DNA from: a virus
Length of the DNA stretch: 64,000 nucleotides
Reading direction: 5' to 3' (one strand)
IMG/VR virus record: IMGVR_UViG_3300008448_000004
Coordinates: 96,001 to 160,000 of that record
A program made the translations under genes and the position numbers. Numbering within the stretch: the stretch's first letter is position 1; each line of letters starts with the position of its first letter. Shown here piece by piece: positions 1 through 9,340 of this stretch. The notes below the pieces were generated by a model, which made no database searches, was not told the origin of the DNA, and was given only the letters and a program-made list of their open reading frames with translations.

Positions 1-921
1 ACACTGTACTTTTGCGTTGGATGCTAAAGCTTTTAGCTTTGCATTAGAGATAACGGATTCACCTTCTTTTTTTCTTCCGTTTTGAAAATATAAACGAAGT
101 AATGTTAGATTTAGTTCTAGTTGTTTATATTTAGGAGTTGCTAAGACTTGCTTCATTTCTGAATAAGAAGTCCATTTATAGTATGCGCTAAAAGCTACTC
201 CAATCAGTATAATAAGTTCTAGAAAAAAGACCATCACGGCAAATGCCAAACTATTCTGTTGAATCTTATCTTCTTGCTTTGTTAACTTACTACCTGTTTT
301 TTGCTCAAGAATAGCAATACGGGAATCTCTTTCTTGCTCGTATTTCTTAACATCTGCTTCTAACTGCTTAACGGTATTTTGTTGTCGTCTACTAAGCACA
401 CCATCTTCGTCGTTTTGTTGTATTGCTTGTATTTGCTGTTCTTTTAAAGCTATACGCTGCTGGTATACTGCAGTTATAGAGTCTGCTCCTCTAGTCTGTA
501 TTGTATCTAGTTTAGACTCTACTGTAGCACTTGTATCAATCAACCTATGTGCTCCGTTTAAAGATAGATAGAAAGATCCAGCAACTAAAGTAAGACATAC
601 TATAATACCCGATGCTATGTTTACTGTTAATCTTTTTAGACGTAGTATAGTTGCTGTAAGCTGTTCAAAAGCAAATCTCTTAAACAACTCATACCCTGTC
701 ATAAAGAGTATAATAAAAACGGAAAAGAATAGATCTTGTCCGGAAAATAAGCTAGGTATACTATTGGTTACATCCTTAATAAAAAAGTAACTAAATAGTA
801 TTAGAAAAATATTTCCTAGAAAAGAAAAGTAATACAGAGTACTACTTAGGGGCTTGAAGTTTTTTTCGAAGTTAAAAGTTTCTAGGTCTGTTTTTAACTT
901 GTTATACTTATCTAGTTTCAT
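1..921 (-). CDS. Multi-pass membrane protein with central coiled coil (partial, runs off window start; not in ORF track)
   Basis: Hand-translated from ATG at 921: MKLDKYNKLKTDLETFNFEKNFKPLSSTLYYFSFLGNIFLILFSYFF..., open to position 1; 3-4 hydrophobic segments plus a Q/E/K-rich coil. Confidence 0.8.
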   Translation of the reverse strand, partial: MKLDKYNKLKTDLETFNFEKNFKPLSSTLYYFSFLGNIFLILFSYFFIKDVTNSIPSLFSGQDLFFSVFIILFMTGYELFKRFAFEQLTATILRLKRLTVNIASGIIVCLTLVAGSFYLSLNGAHRLIDTSATVESKLDTIQTRGADSITAVYQQRIALKEQQIQAIQQNDEDGVLSRRQQNTVKQLEADVKKYEQERDSRIAILEQKTGSKLTKQEDKIQQNSLAFAVMVFFLELIILIGVAFSAYYKWTSYSEMKQVLATPKYKQLELNLTLLRLYFQNGRKKEGESVISNAKLKALASNAKVQC

Positions 922-925
922 AATT

Positions 926-1096
926 TTAGAATTCTTCTATGATTCCTAATATTTCAGCGCCAACCAGTAATCCTCCTGCTGCATTAAAATACCACTGATC
1001 GGCATACATAAATGCGAAGCCAGCAAATACTCTAACAATGGATTTAGCTATGCTGATTCTAAAATGCCAGGTTGATTTACTTTCTTTCGGTTGCAT
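926..1096 (-). CDS. Small two-TM phage membrane protein, 56 aa (not in ORF track)
   Basis: MQPKESKSTWHFRISIAKSIVRVFAGFAFMYADQWYFNAAGGLLVGAEILGIIEEF; ATG overlaps the upstream stop (TAATG). Confidence 0.8.
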   Translation of the reverse strand: MQPKESKSTWHFRISIAKSIVRVFAGFAFMYADQWYFNAAGGLLVGAEILGIIEEF

Positions 1097-1590
1097 TAGT
1101 AGTTGGTTTTATTTTGAAACTGTCCGTTATATAGTTCTGCAGGAGTTGGATTTTTAATCATATAAAGCTGACACACTCTAGCATTCTCTTCAATGAAAAT
1201 TGTATCCGATTCTACAAACATTGTTGTTCCCATTGTTTCAGTTTCGAAACCTGGATCCCAGATAGGACTGTTTATCTTAGCTCCTCCTCTGTAGATAGAA
1301 GATCTAGATGTGATAAAACCAGTTGCATTAGCAGGAATCTTAATACCTTCGTTAAAGGTTAATGCGTAGGGACCTTTTGTAAGTCTCCACACTTTCCTCC
1401 CGTCTATATTCTGAAGAGGTACTCTATCAAAACTTTCTGGTTTGACAATGGTTTTTTCTTTTAATACCATGATTCCTCCGAGTATTCTTTCAATCTTCTG
1501 AACGGATAAATCTATACCGACCTGATTGACTTTATGCAAGCTCTGTGGGGCTACTAGATGTGCTAGTACTTCTTCTCCTGTTAGTAACAT
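1096..1590 (-). CDS. Trimeric dUTPase / dCTP deaminase family protein
   Basis: GIDLSV, SRSSIYRGG and DPGF motifs of the Dcd/Dut fold. Confidence 0.75.
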   Translation of the reverse strand: MLLTGEEVLAHLVAPQSLHKVNQVGIDLSVQKIERILGGIMVLKEKTIVKPESFDRVPLQNIDGRKVWRLTKGPYALTFNEGIKIPANATGFITSRSSIYRGGAKINSPIWDPGFETETMGTTMFVESDTIFIEENARVCQLYMIKNPTPAELYNGQFQNKTNY

Positions 1591-1596
1591 ATTAGT

Positions 1597-1989
1597 TTAA
1601 ATTGGCTCTATAGAATGTGATTGCAATAAGTTTTGTAGATGTATGTAGTAAACATCCCGGGTTGTTGATTCTAAAATATCTCCTACTTCAAACTTCTTTT
1701 CAAAATCTCCTGATTTGAGTAGGAAAGGACTGAGTACTCTAAATTGTCTAGTTCCTTCGTAGACATACTGTGATTCTAATACAGGAGTGGGGATTGTCGG
1801 AGGTGTAGTCTGTGCATAAGGAAATACTTTGTTAAGTACTTGACGTCTTTTATTACATCCACAGTCTTCTTTGCCCATAGCTCGAGCTACACCTTCTGCT
1901 ACTTTATCTATTCCTATTGCATGAGTAATTTTTGCAATAGTATCTCCTAAACCTTCGCTAGGATTTTGAGGGTTAAAATCTTGTGACAT
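1597..1989 (-). CDS. Phage protein with GLGD...DCGC..R...LN..FPY motif
   Basis: Motif recognisable as a recurrent phage hypothetical family; preceded by the late motif. Confidence 0.6.
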   Translation of the reverse strand: MSQDFNPQNPSEGLGDTIAKITHAIGIDKVAEGVARAMGKEDCGCNKRRQVLNKVFPYAQTTPPTIPTPVLESQYVYEGTRQFRVLSPFLLKSGDFEKKFEVGDILESTTRDVYYIHLQNLLQSHSIEPI

Positions 1990-1992
1990 ATC

Positions 1993-2000
1993 TATAAATA
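1993..2000 (-). promoter_or_regulatory. Putative late motif TATTTATA
   Basis: 3 nt upstream of ATG at 1989. Confidence 0.6.
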
Positions 2001-2007
2001 GTTAAAA

Positions 2008-2730
2008 TTAGCATTTATTTACTGCGTTTCTTACGTACATATAGAACTCCTCACGGCATTCTGGCTCGTTAAGGAATGCTCCGGAAAGCTTAGCTGTCTG
2101 CATAGAAGCACCTTGATGCTTAACTCCGCGGCATGATACACAACTATGTTTACTGTCTACAACCACCGCTACTCCTAGGTTATCTGGTATAACAGTATTC
2201 AGGGTATCAAAGATCTGCATAGTTAAATCTTCTTGAATCTGACCTCTTCTAGAATACTGTTCTACTATTCTGTTTAATTTAGAGAGTCCCATTACTTGCT
2301 TAGATTCTCCTGGTATGTAACCTACGTGACATACACCTAAAATCTGCTGATGGTGATGTGCGCATTGAGAGAATACCGGAATATTAGTCTCTACAATAAT
2401 ACCGTCGTAGTTCGAAGGAAAGGTTGTAATCTCACTCATAAGATCGTACCTACCTTTCCAGAGATCATTTACATAGGCCTTAGCTACGCGCTTAGGTGTA
2501 TTCTCACTATTCGGATCACTTTGCCAATTAACACCGAGGGCGTTTAGGAACTTACCGTAGTGGTGTGCTGCTTCAGTAATAATAGCATCTTTTTCTTCTG
2601 AGTTTAGAGAGCGATGCTCTCCTTTGTAAATTAAGTTTGCTAATTGAGTAGAAACTCCGTTAGCAAAACCTACTGTAGACTCTTCGAGTTTTTCAATATT
2701 AACTGTTAACGGTTTTTGCTTGTTGCTCAT
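2008..2730 (-). CDS. folE: GTP cyclohydrolase I
   Basis: TPKRVAK, SQCAHHH, GLSKLNRIV, RRGQIQEDLT and HSCVSCRGV motifs. Confidence 0.95.
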   Translation of the reverse strand: MSNKQKPLTVNIEKLEESTVGFANGVSTQLANLIYKGEHRSLNSEEKDAIITEAAHHYGKFLNALGVNWQSDPNSENTPKRVAKAYVNDLWKGRYDLMSEITTFPSNYDGIIVETNIPVFSQCAHHHQQILGVCHVGYIPGESKQVMGLSKLNRIVEQYSRRGQIQEDLTMQIFDTLNTVIPDNLGVAVVVDSKHSCVSCRGVKHQGASMQTAKLSGAFLNEPECREEFYMYVRNAVNKC

Positions 2731-2917
2731 ATTTCTTTAATTGTTCTTTTAATTTATCGATTTGTTCTTGAAGTTCCAACGTTTTTTGGGAATGCAAAGT
2801 AATTAATCCTACAATATTAACACTCACTACAGTTTCAAACTGAGTGAATCTGAACCATACGTAGGCTTGTGCACCACAGAGTGTTAGCAGTACTATTGTG
2901 AAGATGTCAAAGCTCAT
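2699..2917 (-). CDS. Small membrane-anchored coiled-coil protein
   Basis: N-terminal hydrophobic segment and charged C-terminal coil; in operon. Confidence 0.55.
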   Translation of the reverse strand: MSFDIFTIVLLTLCGAQAYVWFRFTQFETVVSVNIVGLITLHSQKTLELQEQIDKLKEQLKKYEQQAKTVNS

Positions 2918-2927
2918 TTATTTTGTT

Positions 2928-3299
2928 TTAATTTTTATCGTAACATTCTTTACATAATTGTCCTGCTCCTTCAACGTACCCGTACCTGAAGTTAATATTA
3001 ACATCGTAAGTGTAAGGAGTTTCTTTGCCGCAGATAATGCAATGCTCTATACTGTTAGAGTTTAACTCTCCTGGAACTTCAATACCCCAGCAGTTTGGGC
3101 CGCCGTCGTAAGTCATTCTCTTACTCCAAAGGTCCGGTGCTTTTCTCATAAAATAACCTAGGTCGTAGTTATTAGGAAGCAGTAGTGTAAGTCGTCTTAG
3201 AACCTCGTAGACATCTTCTGGTGTTTTAGCTTTTTTAAGCTTTTCTTCTAGGTTTGTAATAGCATTAAGAGTGTGCTGGTTAAAGGTGGGAGTATTCAT
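2928..3299 (-). CDS. Hypothetical protein with C-terminal CxxC...CxxC zinc finger
   Basis: CIICGKET...YVEGAGQLCKEC. Confidence 0.65.
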   Translation of the reverse strand: MNTPTFNQHTLNAITNLEEKLKKAKTPEDVYEVLRRLTLLLPNNYDLGYFMRKAPDLWSKRMTYDGGPNCWGIEVPGELNSNSIEHCIICGKETPYTYDVNINFRYGYVEGAGQLCKECYDKN

Positions 3300-3309
3300 A
3301 ATTAAACAT

Positions 3310-4173
3310 TTACTTTTCTAATTGTTGTATGTAGTTTAATAATCTGTCTTTAGGTGCCCATCCTAATCTTTCTACAGCATCACTATTAACACGTAAAGTC
3401 TTTCTATAATTACCTTGTTGCTCTGGGATGTTTATTGTTTCACATCCGAATTTATCGCAGAACATTTTAGCTACTTCGTTTACAGAGTAGTTACATCCTG
3501 TACCTAGCTCCCAAGCATCTTCATGCTTCTCATCAGACTCGGCAACTCTTATAAGCCCATCTACGATATCTTGAACGTGTGTGAAATCTCTACGTTGCTC
3601 TCCATCACCTACAATCGTCAGTTTCTCATTATTCTGAAGCTGTTTTCTCCACACCCCGATTACTGCAGCCATATGACTGTCTACTAGCTCACCAGGACCG
3701 TATACATTATAGAATCTAACGATTTCTGCGTTAAGCCCAAAACATTTAGTGCTCATCTTTATCCACTGCTCTCCCATGTACTTTGTCATAGCGTAGGGGG
3801 ATAATTCTGGGTTGTGGTGTTTAGATGATGATCCTGCGTATATAAGTTTAGCGCTTACTTTCAAAGCGTAATCAACTACCTGTCTAGTTCCCTCTACATT
3901 AGAGGTAAAAGTTTGTCTAGGTTGTGCAAAAGAAGGTTGAATTCTACTTAACGCGGCAAGATGAAAAATATACTTATAATTCTTTAAAGCAACATTTTCC
4001 ATGGCTCTTACATCACCTCCTAGGAAATTTGCACCTATCAGGTCAACATCCTTGGCTTCTTTTCCTATACTTAAATTATCTATTACATCGACATTATAGC
4101 CTCTGAGTAGAAGCTCTTTAGTTAGGGCATATCCTACAAAGCCACATCCTCCGGTTACTAGTACATTTTCCAT
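3310..4173 (-). CDS. NAD-dependent nucleotide-sugar epimerase/dehydratase (extended SDR)
   Basis: TGGCGFVG Rossmann motif, catalytic YAMTK (YxxxK), RFYNVYGP, RDFTHV. Confidence 0.92.
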   Translation of the reverse strand: MENVLVTGGCGFVGYALTKELLLRGYNVDVIDNLSIGKEAKDVDLIGANFLGGDVRAMENVALKNYKYIFHLAALSRIQPSFAQPRQTFTSNVEGTRQVVDYALKVSAKLIYAGSSSKHHNPELSPYAMTKYMGEQWIKMSTKCFGLNAEIVRFYNVYGPGELVDSHMAAVIGVWRKQLQNNEKLTIVGDGEQRRDFTHVQDIVDGLIRVAESDEKHEDAWELGTGCNYSVNEVAKMFCDKFGCETINIPEQQGNYRKTLRVNSDAVERLGWAPKDRLLNYIQQLEK

Positions 4174-4176
4174 AGT

Positions 4177-5013
4177 TTATACATTTAATGTTTTATTCCA
4201 AGCTGCAATATGCAAACGAGTTAATCCTCTAAAGCGGTATTTTTTAGCCATTTCAAGACAGAACTGAGTGCGTTCTTCAAAATCAGCTACATCGTCTAAT
4301 CCAGGCATACAAACTATATTCTTAAGAGGAATATTTAACGGAGTTACAAATTCTTCAAATATCTCCTTAACATCTTCTTCGGTACTGATAACGAATTTAA
4401 ACTGGTAGTTTTTATGCTCCATAATACGCTTAAGAGCTGCTTCATTAAAGCGTTGTGATTTAGTCATCCCCGAGTTTGCTAGCTTAGGAGAGCAATTAAT
4501 CTGGTCGAGCATTTTAAAGAGAGGTTCGTCAATATAGACTGTGCCGTTGGTTTCAATCTCGTAATACGGTCTGACAGTGTTATCGAGGTGTCTTGCAAGC
4601 CAGTAATTGGTAAAGTTAACGATTGATTGTTGATGTCCTTTTATTGTCGGTTCGCCGCCAGTCCAAATAATATGAACATTGCCATCTAGAATATCCTCGT
4701 AAACACCTTCTTCTTTCCATCGGTTAATTAGGTATTCGAATTCTTTATCTTCTCCTCTCCACAACCACTGGCTTGTACTATCACAAGTCCAGGTTGCTTT
4801 ACCTTCAGCATGTAAGTCTCCTATAAAGATTTCTCCATCTTCTAGCTTCTGCTCTTTAGCTAACATATTAGTGAATACTCTACTCATACCGCAAGTAAGG
4901 TTGCAGATACCTAAACGAACAAAGTAAGAAGGTATTCCCGAAGAGATGCCTTCACCTTGTATTGAGTAGAAGTCAGAGCTGATTAATAATTTTTTTGGAT
5001 CTATTTTACTCAT
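4177..5013 (-). CDS. queE: 7-carboxy-7-deazaguanine synthase (radical SAM)
   Basis: FYSIQGEG, FVRLGICNLTC, TGGEPT, IETNGT and SPKL motifs; cluster context. Confidence 0.92.
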   Translation of the reverse strand: MSKIDPKKLLISSDFYSIQGEGISSGIPSYFVRLGICNLTCGMSRVFTNMLAKEQKLEDGEIFIGDLHAEGKATWTCDSTSQWLWRGEDKEFEYLINRWKEEGVYEDILDGNVHIIWTGGEPTIKGHQQSIVNFTNYWLARHLDNTVRPYYEIETNGTVYIDEPLFKMLDQINCSPKLANSGMTKSQRFNEAALKRIMEHKNYQFKFVISTEEDVKEIFEEFVTPLNIPLKNIVCMPGLDDVADFEERTQFCLEMAKKYRFRGLTRLHIAAWNKTLNV

Positions 5014-5261
5014 AATTTACTTTTTTGTTCTTGTATAAATTGAAGATAAGGAATCCATTTTACATATGTAAGTTCTTCGTCTGGGAATCCTAATAGTATA
5101 TTGCCGGTTTCGTCTTTTGCTATCATAGTAAATCCGAAGCCTTCACATATCATATGAATTCCGTATTCAGGTTCTAGAGCTTCTGCTTCTTTTTCGATAT
5201 CGAAATCCCAAGGAAATTCCGGGTCATTTATTTCGCAGTATTGTTTACTAAACTCTGCCAT
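5010..5261 (-). CDS. Hypothetical acidic phage protein
   Basis: Overlaps flanking genes; MAEFSKQYCE...ICEGFG. Confidence 0.6.
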   Translation of the reverse strand: MAEFSKQYCEINDPEFPWDFDIEKEAEALEPEYGIHMICEGFGFTMIAKDETGNILLGFPDEELTYVKWIPYLQFIQEQKSKL

Positions 5262-5391
5262 TTGTAATCGTTTTTATATAATTTAAAACAAAACTAACAT
5301 TAGGCCATTCGGTTACTGCTGCAAAAAAACTAAGGTGTTTTTCTCCGCAGAGGCCTATTGCATGTTCTAAAGCGTGCAATACTTCGCTCAT
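5248..5391 (-). CDS. 47-aa protein with HxxGLCGExH motif (not in ORF track)
   Basis: MSEVLHALEHAIGLCGEKHLSFFAAVTEWPNVSFVLNYIKTITNGRV; ATG overlaps the upstream TGA. Confidence 0.65.
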   Translation of the reverse strand: MSEVLHALEHAIGLCGEKHLSFFAAVTEWPNVSFVLNYIKTITNGRV

Positions 5392-5618
5392 CAGTCTTGT
5401 CTTTGTTTTTCTTTAATCTGCTTTCTACGAGCAGCTTTCTTAGAGATAGTCTTTTCTTTCTTCTGCTCTTGAACTTCTTGCTGTTCAGTTTTTTCTCGAG
5501 TTAAAGCTTTCCATTCGGATTTAGCTACATACTGCCATTCTCTGCCTACCATGTTGTAAGCTTGTTGATCTGTAACACGGATAATGTTTCCGGTCTTTTC
5601 GCTTTTTAAACACTTCAT
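5391..5618 (-). CDS. Hypothetical basic protein
   Basis: ORF fills operon gap. Confidence 0.6.
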   Translation of the reverse strand: MKCLKSEKTGNIIRVTDQQAYNMVGREWQYVAKSEWKALTREKTEQQEVQEQKKEKTISKKAARRKQIKEKQRQD

Positions 5619-5641
5619 TGGTTATTCCTCCATGTTTTAGG

Positions 5642-6160
5642 TTATAGAAATTTTGAAATTTGACTTAGACGCTCTTCTACCGTGCCTCTTAGTACCACTA
5701 CTTTTTCTTCTGGGATATGTTGCTTTATAAATTGTATGATAATATCGTCAATCTTACTTTGTAATTCTTGCCAAGCTCCACCGGGCCTACCTTCATCTAT
5801 AACATAACCAAACTCAATAGGTATGTAAAAAAAGTACTCTACCCGGTCTTTAGTTTCCTCAAACAAATTTATAATTCCTTCAACATCTACATCGGGTGCT
5901 AGTATTTGAGAGTATATAATACAGTCAATTACGCTTCGAGTACTAATTACGTTCTTATGAGTAAGGTAATTCTGATATGCCCAAGCAGAAAGTTCGTTAA
6001 TTACGTATTGCTGTTCGTCGAGAGAAAAATCTAACGATTTAGCAATCTTAGTTACCGGCCTTGAAAATCCATCTGTAACATAGTAATCTGGATAGTGCTT
6101 AGCAACTTCCTTAAGCAGAGTACTTTTGCCTACTCCGTGAGCTCCTAGTAGTATTTTCAT
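5642..6160 (-). CDS. P-loop nucleotide kinase (AAA_28 / thymidylate-kinase-like)
   Basis: GAHGVGKST Walker A, RSVID, FFYIPIEF...DEGR. Confidence 0.8.
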   Translation of the reverse strand: MKILLGAHGVGKSTLLKEVAKHYPDYYVTDGFSRPVTKIAKSLDFSLDEQQYVINELSAWAYQNYLTHKNVISTRSVIDCIIYSQILAPDVDVEGIINLFEETKDRVEYFFYIPIEFGYVIDEGRPGGAWQELQSKIDDIIIQFIKQHIPEEKVVVLRGTVEERLSQISKFL

Positions 6161-6172
6161 TAAGTCTTTTGT

Positions 6173-6203
6173 TAAAGATAAGCTTTATTATTGGAACTGC
6201 CAA
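6173..6203 (-). promoter_or_regulatory. Bacteroidota-type promoter TTGG-N19-TATCTTTA
   Basis: Exact 19-nt spacer; upstream of kinase. Confidence 0.65.
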
Positions 6204-6790
6204 ACTTTAGTAAAGAAATATTTCCAAGATTCTAAGGAAGTTCTCCTCAGTAATGCATAAGCATGATCCGCATTAATAGTTATATTCTTTGTCCTAACCT
6301 CAGCTACTACTCTACCGGAATCTAATTGTGGGATTACTTCATGTATAACACTACCGCAGTCCGGATAGTCTGCTTGCTTTCCAGCAATTGCTTCTTGCAT
6401 ATTAAATCCTTTTAACTCAGGATACTTAGTTATAAGAGCAGGATGTCCATTGTAGATACTACCTGCGTATCGACCAAAAAACCCTGCTGGAATTATTCTC
6501 AAGTAACCGTGTAGTGTTATAAGTTTCTTGCTCAACAAAGTTTTACTTAGGTAGTCTTCTAAGACAGGCTTAAACGGTATAATCATTATGTCTACCTCAT
6601 TCTGCTTAAATATCTCCAGGTTTTCTGCTGTTATCTTACCTAGGTTATTGGTTACAACAAGACTGGGGAGATACCCAATCTCTTTACTTATAGCTATTAC
6701 TTCAGATCCAGTTTGAGAAATAAGTACTCCCCAGCTTTCTTGCTTTTTCATATTACTGTCCCATTGCTTTTTTAGTGTATACTTTTGCAT
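6188..6790 (-). CDS. dpdN: PurN-fold formyltransferase, candidate dPreQ1 formyltransferase (probable start 6751)
   Basis: LHGYLRII, YNGHPALI (N-x-H-P), GSVIHEV, LDSG catalytic motifs; directly downstream of queF. Confidence 0.75.
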   Translation of the reverse strand: MQKYTLKKQWDSNMKKQESWGVLISQTGSEVIAISKEIGYLPSLVVTNNLGKITAENLEIFKQNEVDIMIIPFKPVLEDYLSKTLLSKKLITLHGYLRIIPAGFFGRYAGSIYNGHPALITKYPELKGFNMQEAIAGKQADYPDCGSVIHEVIPQLDSGRVVAEVRTKNITINADHAYALLRRTSLESWKYFFTKVWQFQ

Positions 6791-7667
6791 CGATTAATGC
6801 TTGTGGTATTAAATCCAGCCTAGTAGCACGTACAGGGTTGATATCTAAAGATCCTCTTCTAGAATACAGTAACATTACAACACAATCTTTTACTTGAGGA
6901 ACACTCGTTAGAGCTGTAAACAGCTTTTCACTACAAAATTCATGAAACTCATTAACTTCCCTCAAGGCTATAACCTCTTTTAATAAGGATTGTAAATCTA
7001 AAATACCACCCTCAGTTTTAATGTGAAAATAAGCTGCTCCAGTATCTTTCTGCTTAGTATGTCGACATCTAGAACGTAGTGCGTTAGTGAAAACTTTAAA
7101 CTCACTGCCATGCCCTTCTTTTATTTTAAAATGAAAATTCTCGGCAGTATAGTCTGTTATCTCCATTTTCTCTAGCTTTTCATCGCCGATATAACCTTCC
7201 AGTAGCCTGTATCCTGAAGCTGGATCTGCTTCTACTAGTACGTCAAGCTCATCACCAGGTCTAAAGAATCCAACTTCAACCGGAGCTTGAATAGCTTCTG
7301 AAATATCATGTTTAACTTGAGCTTCATATGCTGCGATTGCTTCTTTAATGGTACCTCCCATCTTACACATATCAAAAGTATTCAAGTAAAGTTTAAAAGA
7401 TTTAGACTCTACCATAAACTCTGATGATGCAGGATATACAATTTTTAAAGTTCCAGCTACAGGAAGTCCGTTGTTAAGTAGGAAAGTAGCTTCGTGACAA
7501 TGCCATGTATCGTATCCTACAAACTCGTCCCCTTTAATGCCCCAATCTTCTCTAGCTAGCTTTCTAGGCATCGGCACTAGGAAAGAAGAATCAAATTTAT
7601 CTGTTGTGATTGCGTAACTGCCCTGTTGACCTAGGTGCTTACTTGCAATGTCGTTCATTCCACTCAT
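6753..7667 (-). CDS. queF: NADPH-dependent preQ0 reductase, two-domain type
   Basis: VESKSFKLYLNTF QueF signature, catalytic RSRC...QKD, FHEFCSE, YSRRGSLDINP. Confidence 0.93.
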   Translation of the reverse strand: MSGMNDIASKHLGQQGSYAITTDKFDSSFLVPMPRKLAREDWGIKGDEFVGYDTWHCHEATFLLNNGLPVAGTLKIVYPASSEFMVESKSFKLYLNTFDMCKMGGTIKEAIAAYEAQVKHDISEAIQAPVEVGFFRPGDELDVLVEADPASGYRLLEGYIGDEKLEKMEITDYTAENFHFKIKEGHGSEFKVFTNALRSRCRHTKQKDTGAAYFHIKTEGGILDLQSLLKEVIALREVNEFHEFCSEKLFTALTSVPQVKDCVVMLLYSRRGSLDINPVRATRLDLIPQALIDAKVYTKKAMGQ

Positions 7668-8473
7668 AGTTTTTTTCCTTTTATAATTTGACGAATAGTT
7701 AAGACGTTATGTGAGATAGATCTCATTTGATCTGGAGTTATTGTTCTATCCAGGTTATCGGCAAGCTTCTCTTTAGGTTTAGGTTTGTCTGTTCCTCCCC
7801 AGCTAAAGTTAATATCGTTCCAGCCGTATACAATAGGTGCAGAAGAATCTACAGAGTAGATAAGTTCTTTATCCTCTTTTGTATAGAGTACATACTCGGA
7901 ATAATTTTGAAGACCTAAGAGATGCACCTGTAAGTGATTATCCTTCAATACGTTCTTCATATGCTGAAAGACAATATAACGTATGTTATGGTAGTCTGTG
8001 CCTGGAATGGTATCGTAAGGCATAGCTACGATCTCAATTGCTGGGCATTGTCTTTTCCAGTAGGTAATCTCGTTAAGAGATTTGTATAGCTCTCCCATAT
8101 TGGTACCTTGTATAACAGCAATAAGCTTGAAAGGTATTCTATGTAAGCTTCCATATCTGTTTTCTAAAATCGAAAGGAATGCTTTTAAGAACTCGATAGT
8201 TTTATCACAATCGTTAACCCAGTCGGGAACTACTACATGGGTAGGTTTAACGCGTTCTGCTGCTTCAATTAAGATTTCAAAATCAACAGATTTTCCTAAT
8301 TCAAAAGCACTATTATCTAAAATAGAAAAAGTTGCATTTTTACACTTTCTAATATAGAAGTCTGTATACTCTTGATCTTGTCCAATCAAGTGAGCTAGCA
8401 CATAAGGGTAGTCGTTAATAAGGTCGTGAATAGGAAATAACTGCTTTGGAATTTCGTGGCTAATTAAGGTCAT
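7664..8473 (-). CDS. dpdA: TGT-fold guanine transglycosylase acting on DNA (DpdA, possibly DpdA3 type)
   Basis: TGT-like motifs ILDNSAFE, VPD, VIQG, VHLLG, SVDSS; lies between queC and queF. Confidence 0.75.
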   Translation of the reverse strand: MTLISHEIPKQLFPIHDLINDYPYVLAHLIGQDQEYTDFYIRKCKNATFSILDNSAFELGKSVDFEILIEAAERVKPTHVVVPDWVNDCDKTIEFLKAFLSILENRYGSLHRIPFKLIAVIQGTNMGELYKSLNEITYWKRQCPAIEIVAMPYDTIPGTDYHNIRYIVFQHMKNVLKDNHLQVHLLGLQNYSEYVLYTKEDKELIYSVDSSAPIVYGWNDINFSWGGTDKPKPKEKLADNLDRTITPDQMRSISHNVLTIRQIIKGKKL

Positions 8474-8479
8474 TTTATT

Positions 8480-9340
8480 TTATTTTTGATATTCTGCTAA
8501 TACTTTTTCAACATGCTCTTTAGCTACAGTCCATTTTACAGGCCCAGTTTCGTCAGCATAAGCTACAGGATCAGGACGACCTAGCTTAATAAATGCTTCA
8601 ATACGCTCTACTGATGCTGCTGATTTATAGTCTGAATACCAGTCTAATTCAGTACTAGCATTTGTTGCGAAAGAGATCGGCTTGTAGCTGGTATTAGTAC
8701 GTTTATATACTTCGTTAAAATCTAAACCTAGTGCTTCGCAGCATTCTTCTCCATCTTTTAAAATATCAAATTTATTTAGTTCAAGATAAGGAGTATAGTG
8801 TGATACTAAATGCGAATCCCAATTACCAATTTTAAATGCTTCAAAATCAGCATCACGAAACTCTTGTCTACAATCAGGATAAATTGCATGATCGCCGGCA
8901 TGTATTCCCATTGCAATAACTACCTCTTGACCTACAGCACAATCATCTGTAATCGTTTTTGTTGCAATTGAAAGTGCTACTGCTTGAATAAGTGAAGCAA
9001 AGATTTTATTACGGTTAGGAACAACGGTATCTTTCATATTGTCCTGCTCATAATGTCCTTCTGGAACATCCCATCCTCCTTCTACGAGAGCAGAATTAAG
9101 GAGTTTTGTTATTCCGTCAATTTTAATAACCTGATGTCTTACAAAATTGTCTGTTTTTGTAAAAAACATTTTATCGTTAATATAACCCACTAGGGATTTA
9201 GCTCTTTCTAATTCGACTTTATGCTTTTGGCCATAGTCAAAACTAAGAGCTGTTACTTCGTAGCCGTTAGCTAGAAGGTGTAAAAGGAGAGTAGAGGAAT
9301 CCATTCCTCCTGAAAGGCTGAGAACTGCTTGCTTTTTCAT
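8480..9340 (-). CDS. queC: 7-cyano-7-deazaguanine synthase
   Basis: SGGMDS, FDYGQKH, VPNRN, HAGDHAIYPDCR; C-terminal Zn cysteines absent. Confidence 0.92.
   Translation of the reverse strand: MKKQAVLSLSGGMDSSTLLLHLLANGYEVTALSFDYGQKHKVELERAKSLVGYINDKMFFTKTDNFVRHQVIKIDGITKLLNSALVEGGWDVPEGHYEQDNMKDTVVPNRNKIFASLIQAVALSIATKTITDDCAVGQEVVIAMGIHAGDHAIYPDCRQEFRDADFEAFKIGNWDSHLVSHYTPYLELNKFDILKDGEECCEALGLDFNEVYKRTNTSYKPISFATNASTELDWYSDYKSAASVERIEAFIKLGRPDPVAYADETGPVKWTVAKEHVEKVLAEYQK

Noticed and set aside
5301-5357. preQ1-I riboswitch-like tail AAAAAAACTAAGG on the plus strand, and TAGGCC/GGCCTA inverted repeats
   Set aside because: Antisense to all genes, no P1 stem upstream of the A-tract, and the region is explained by the 47-aa minus-strand ORF
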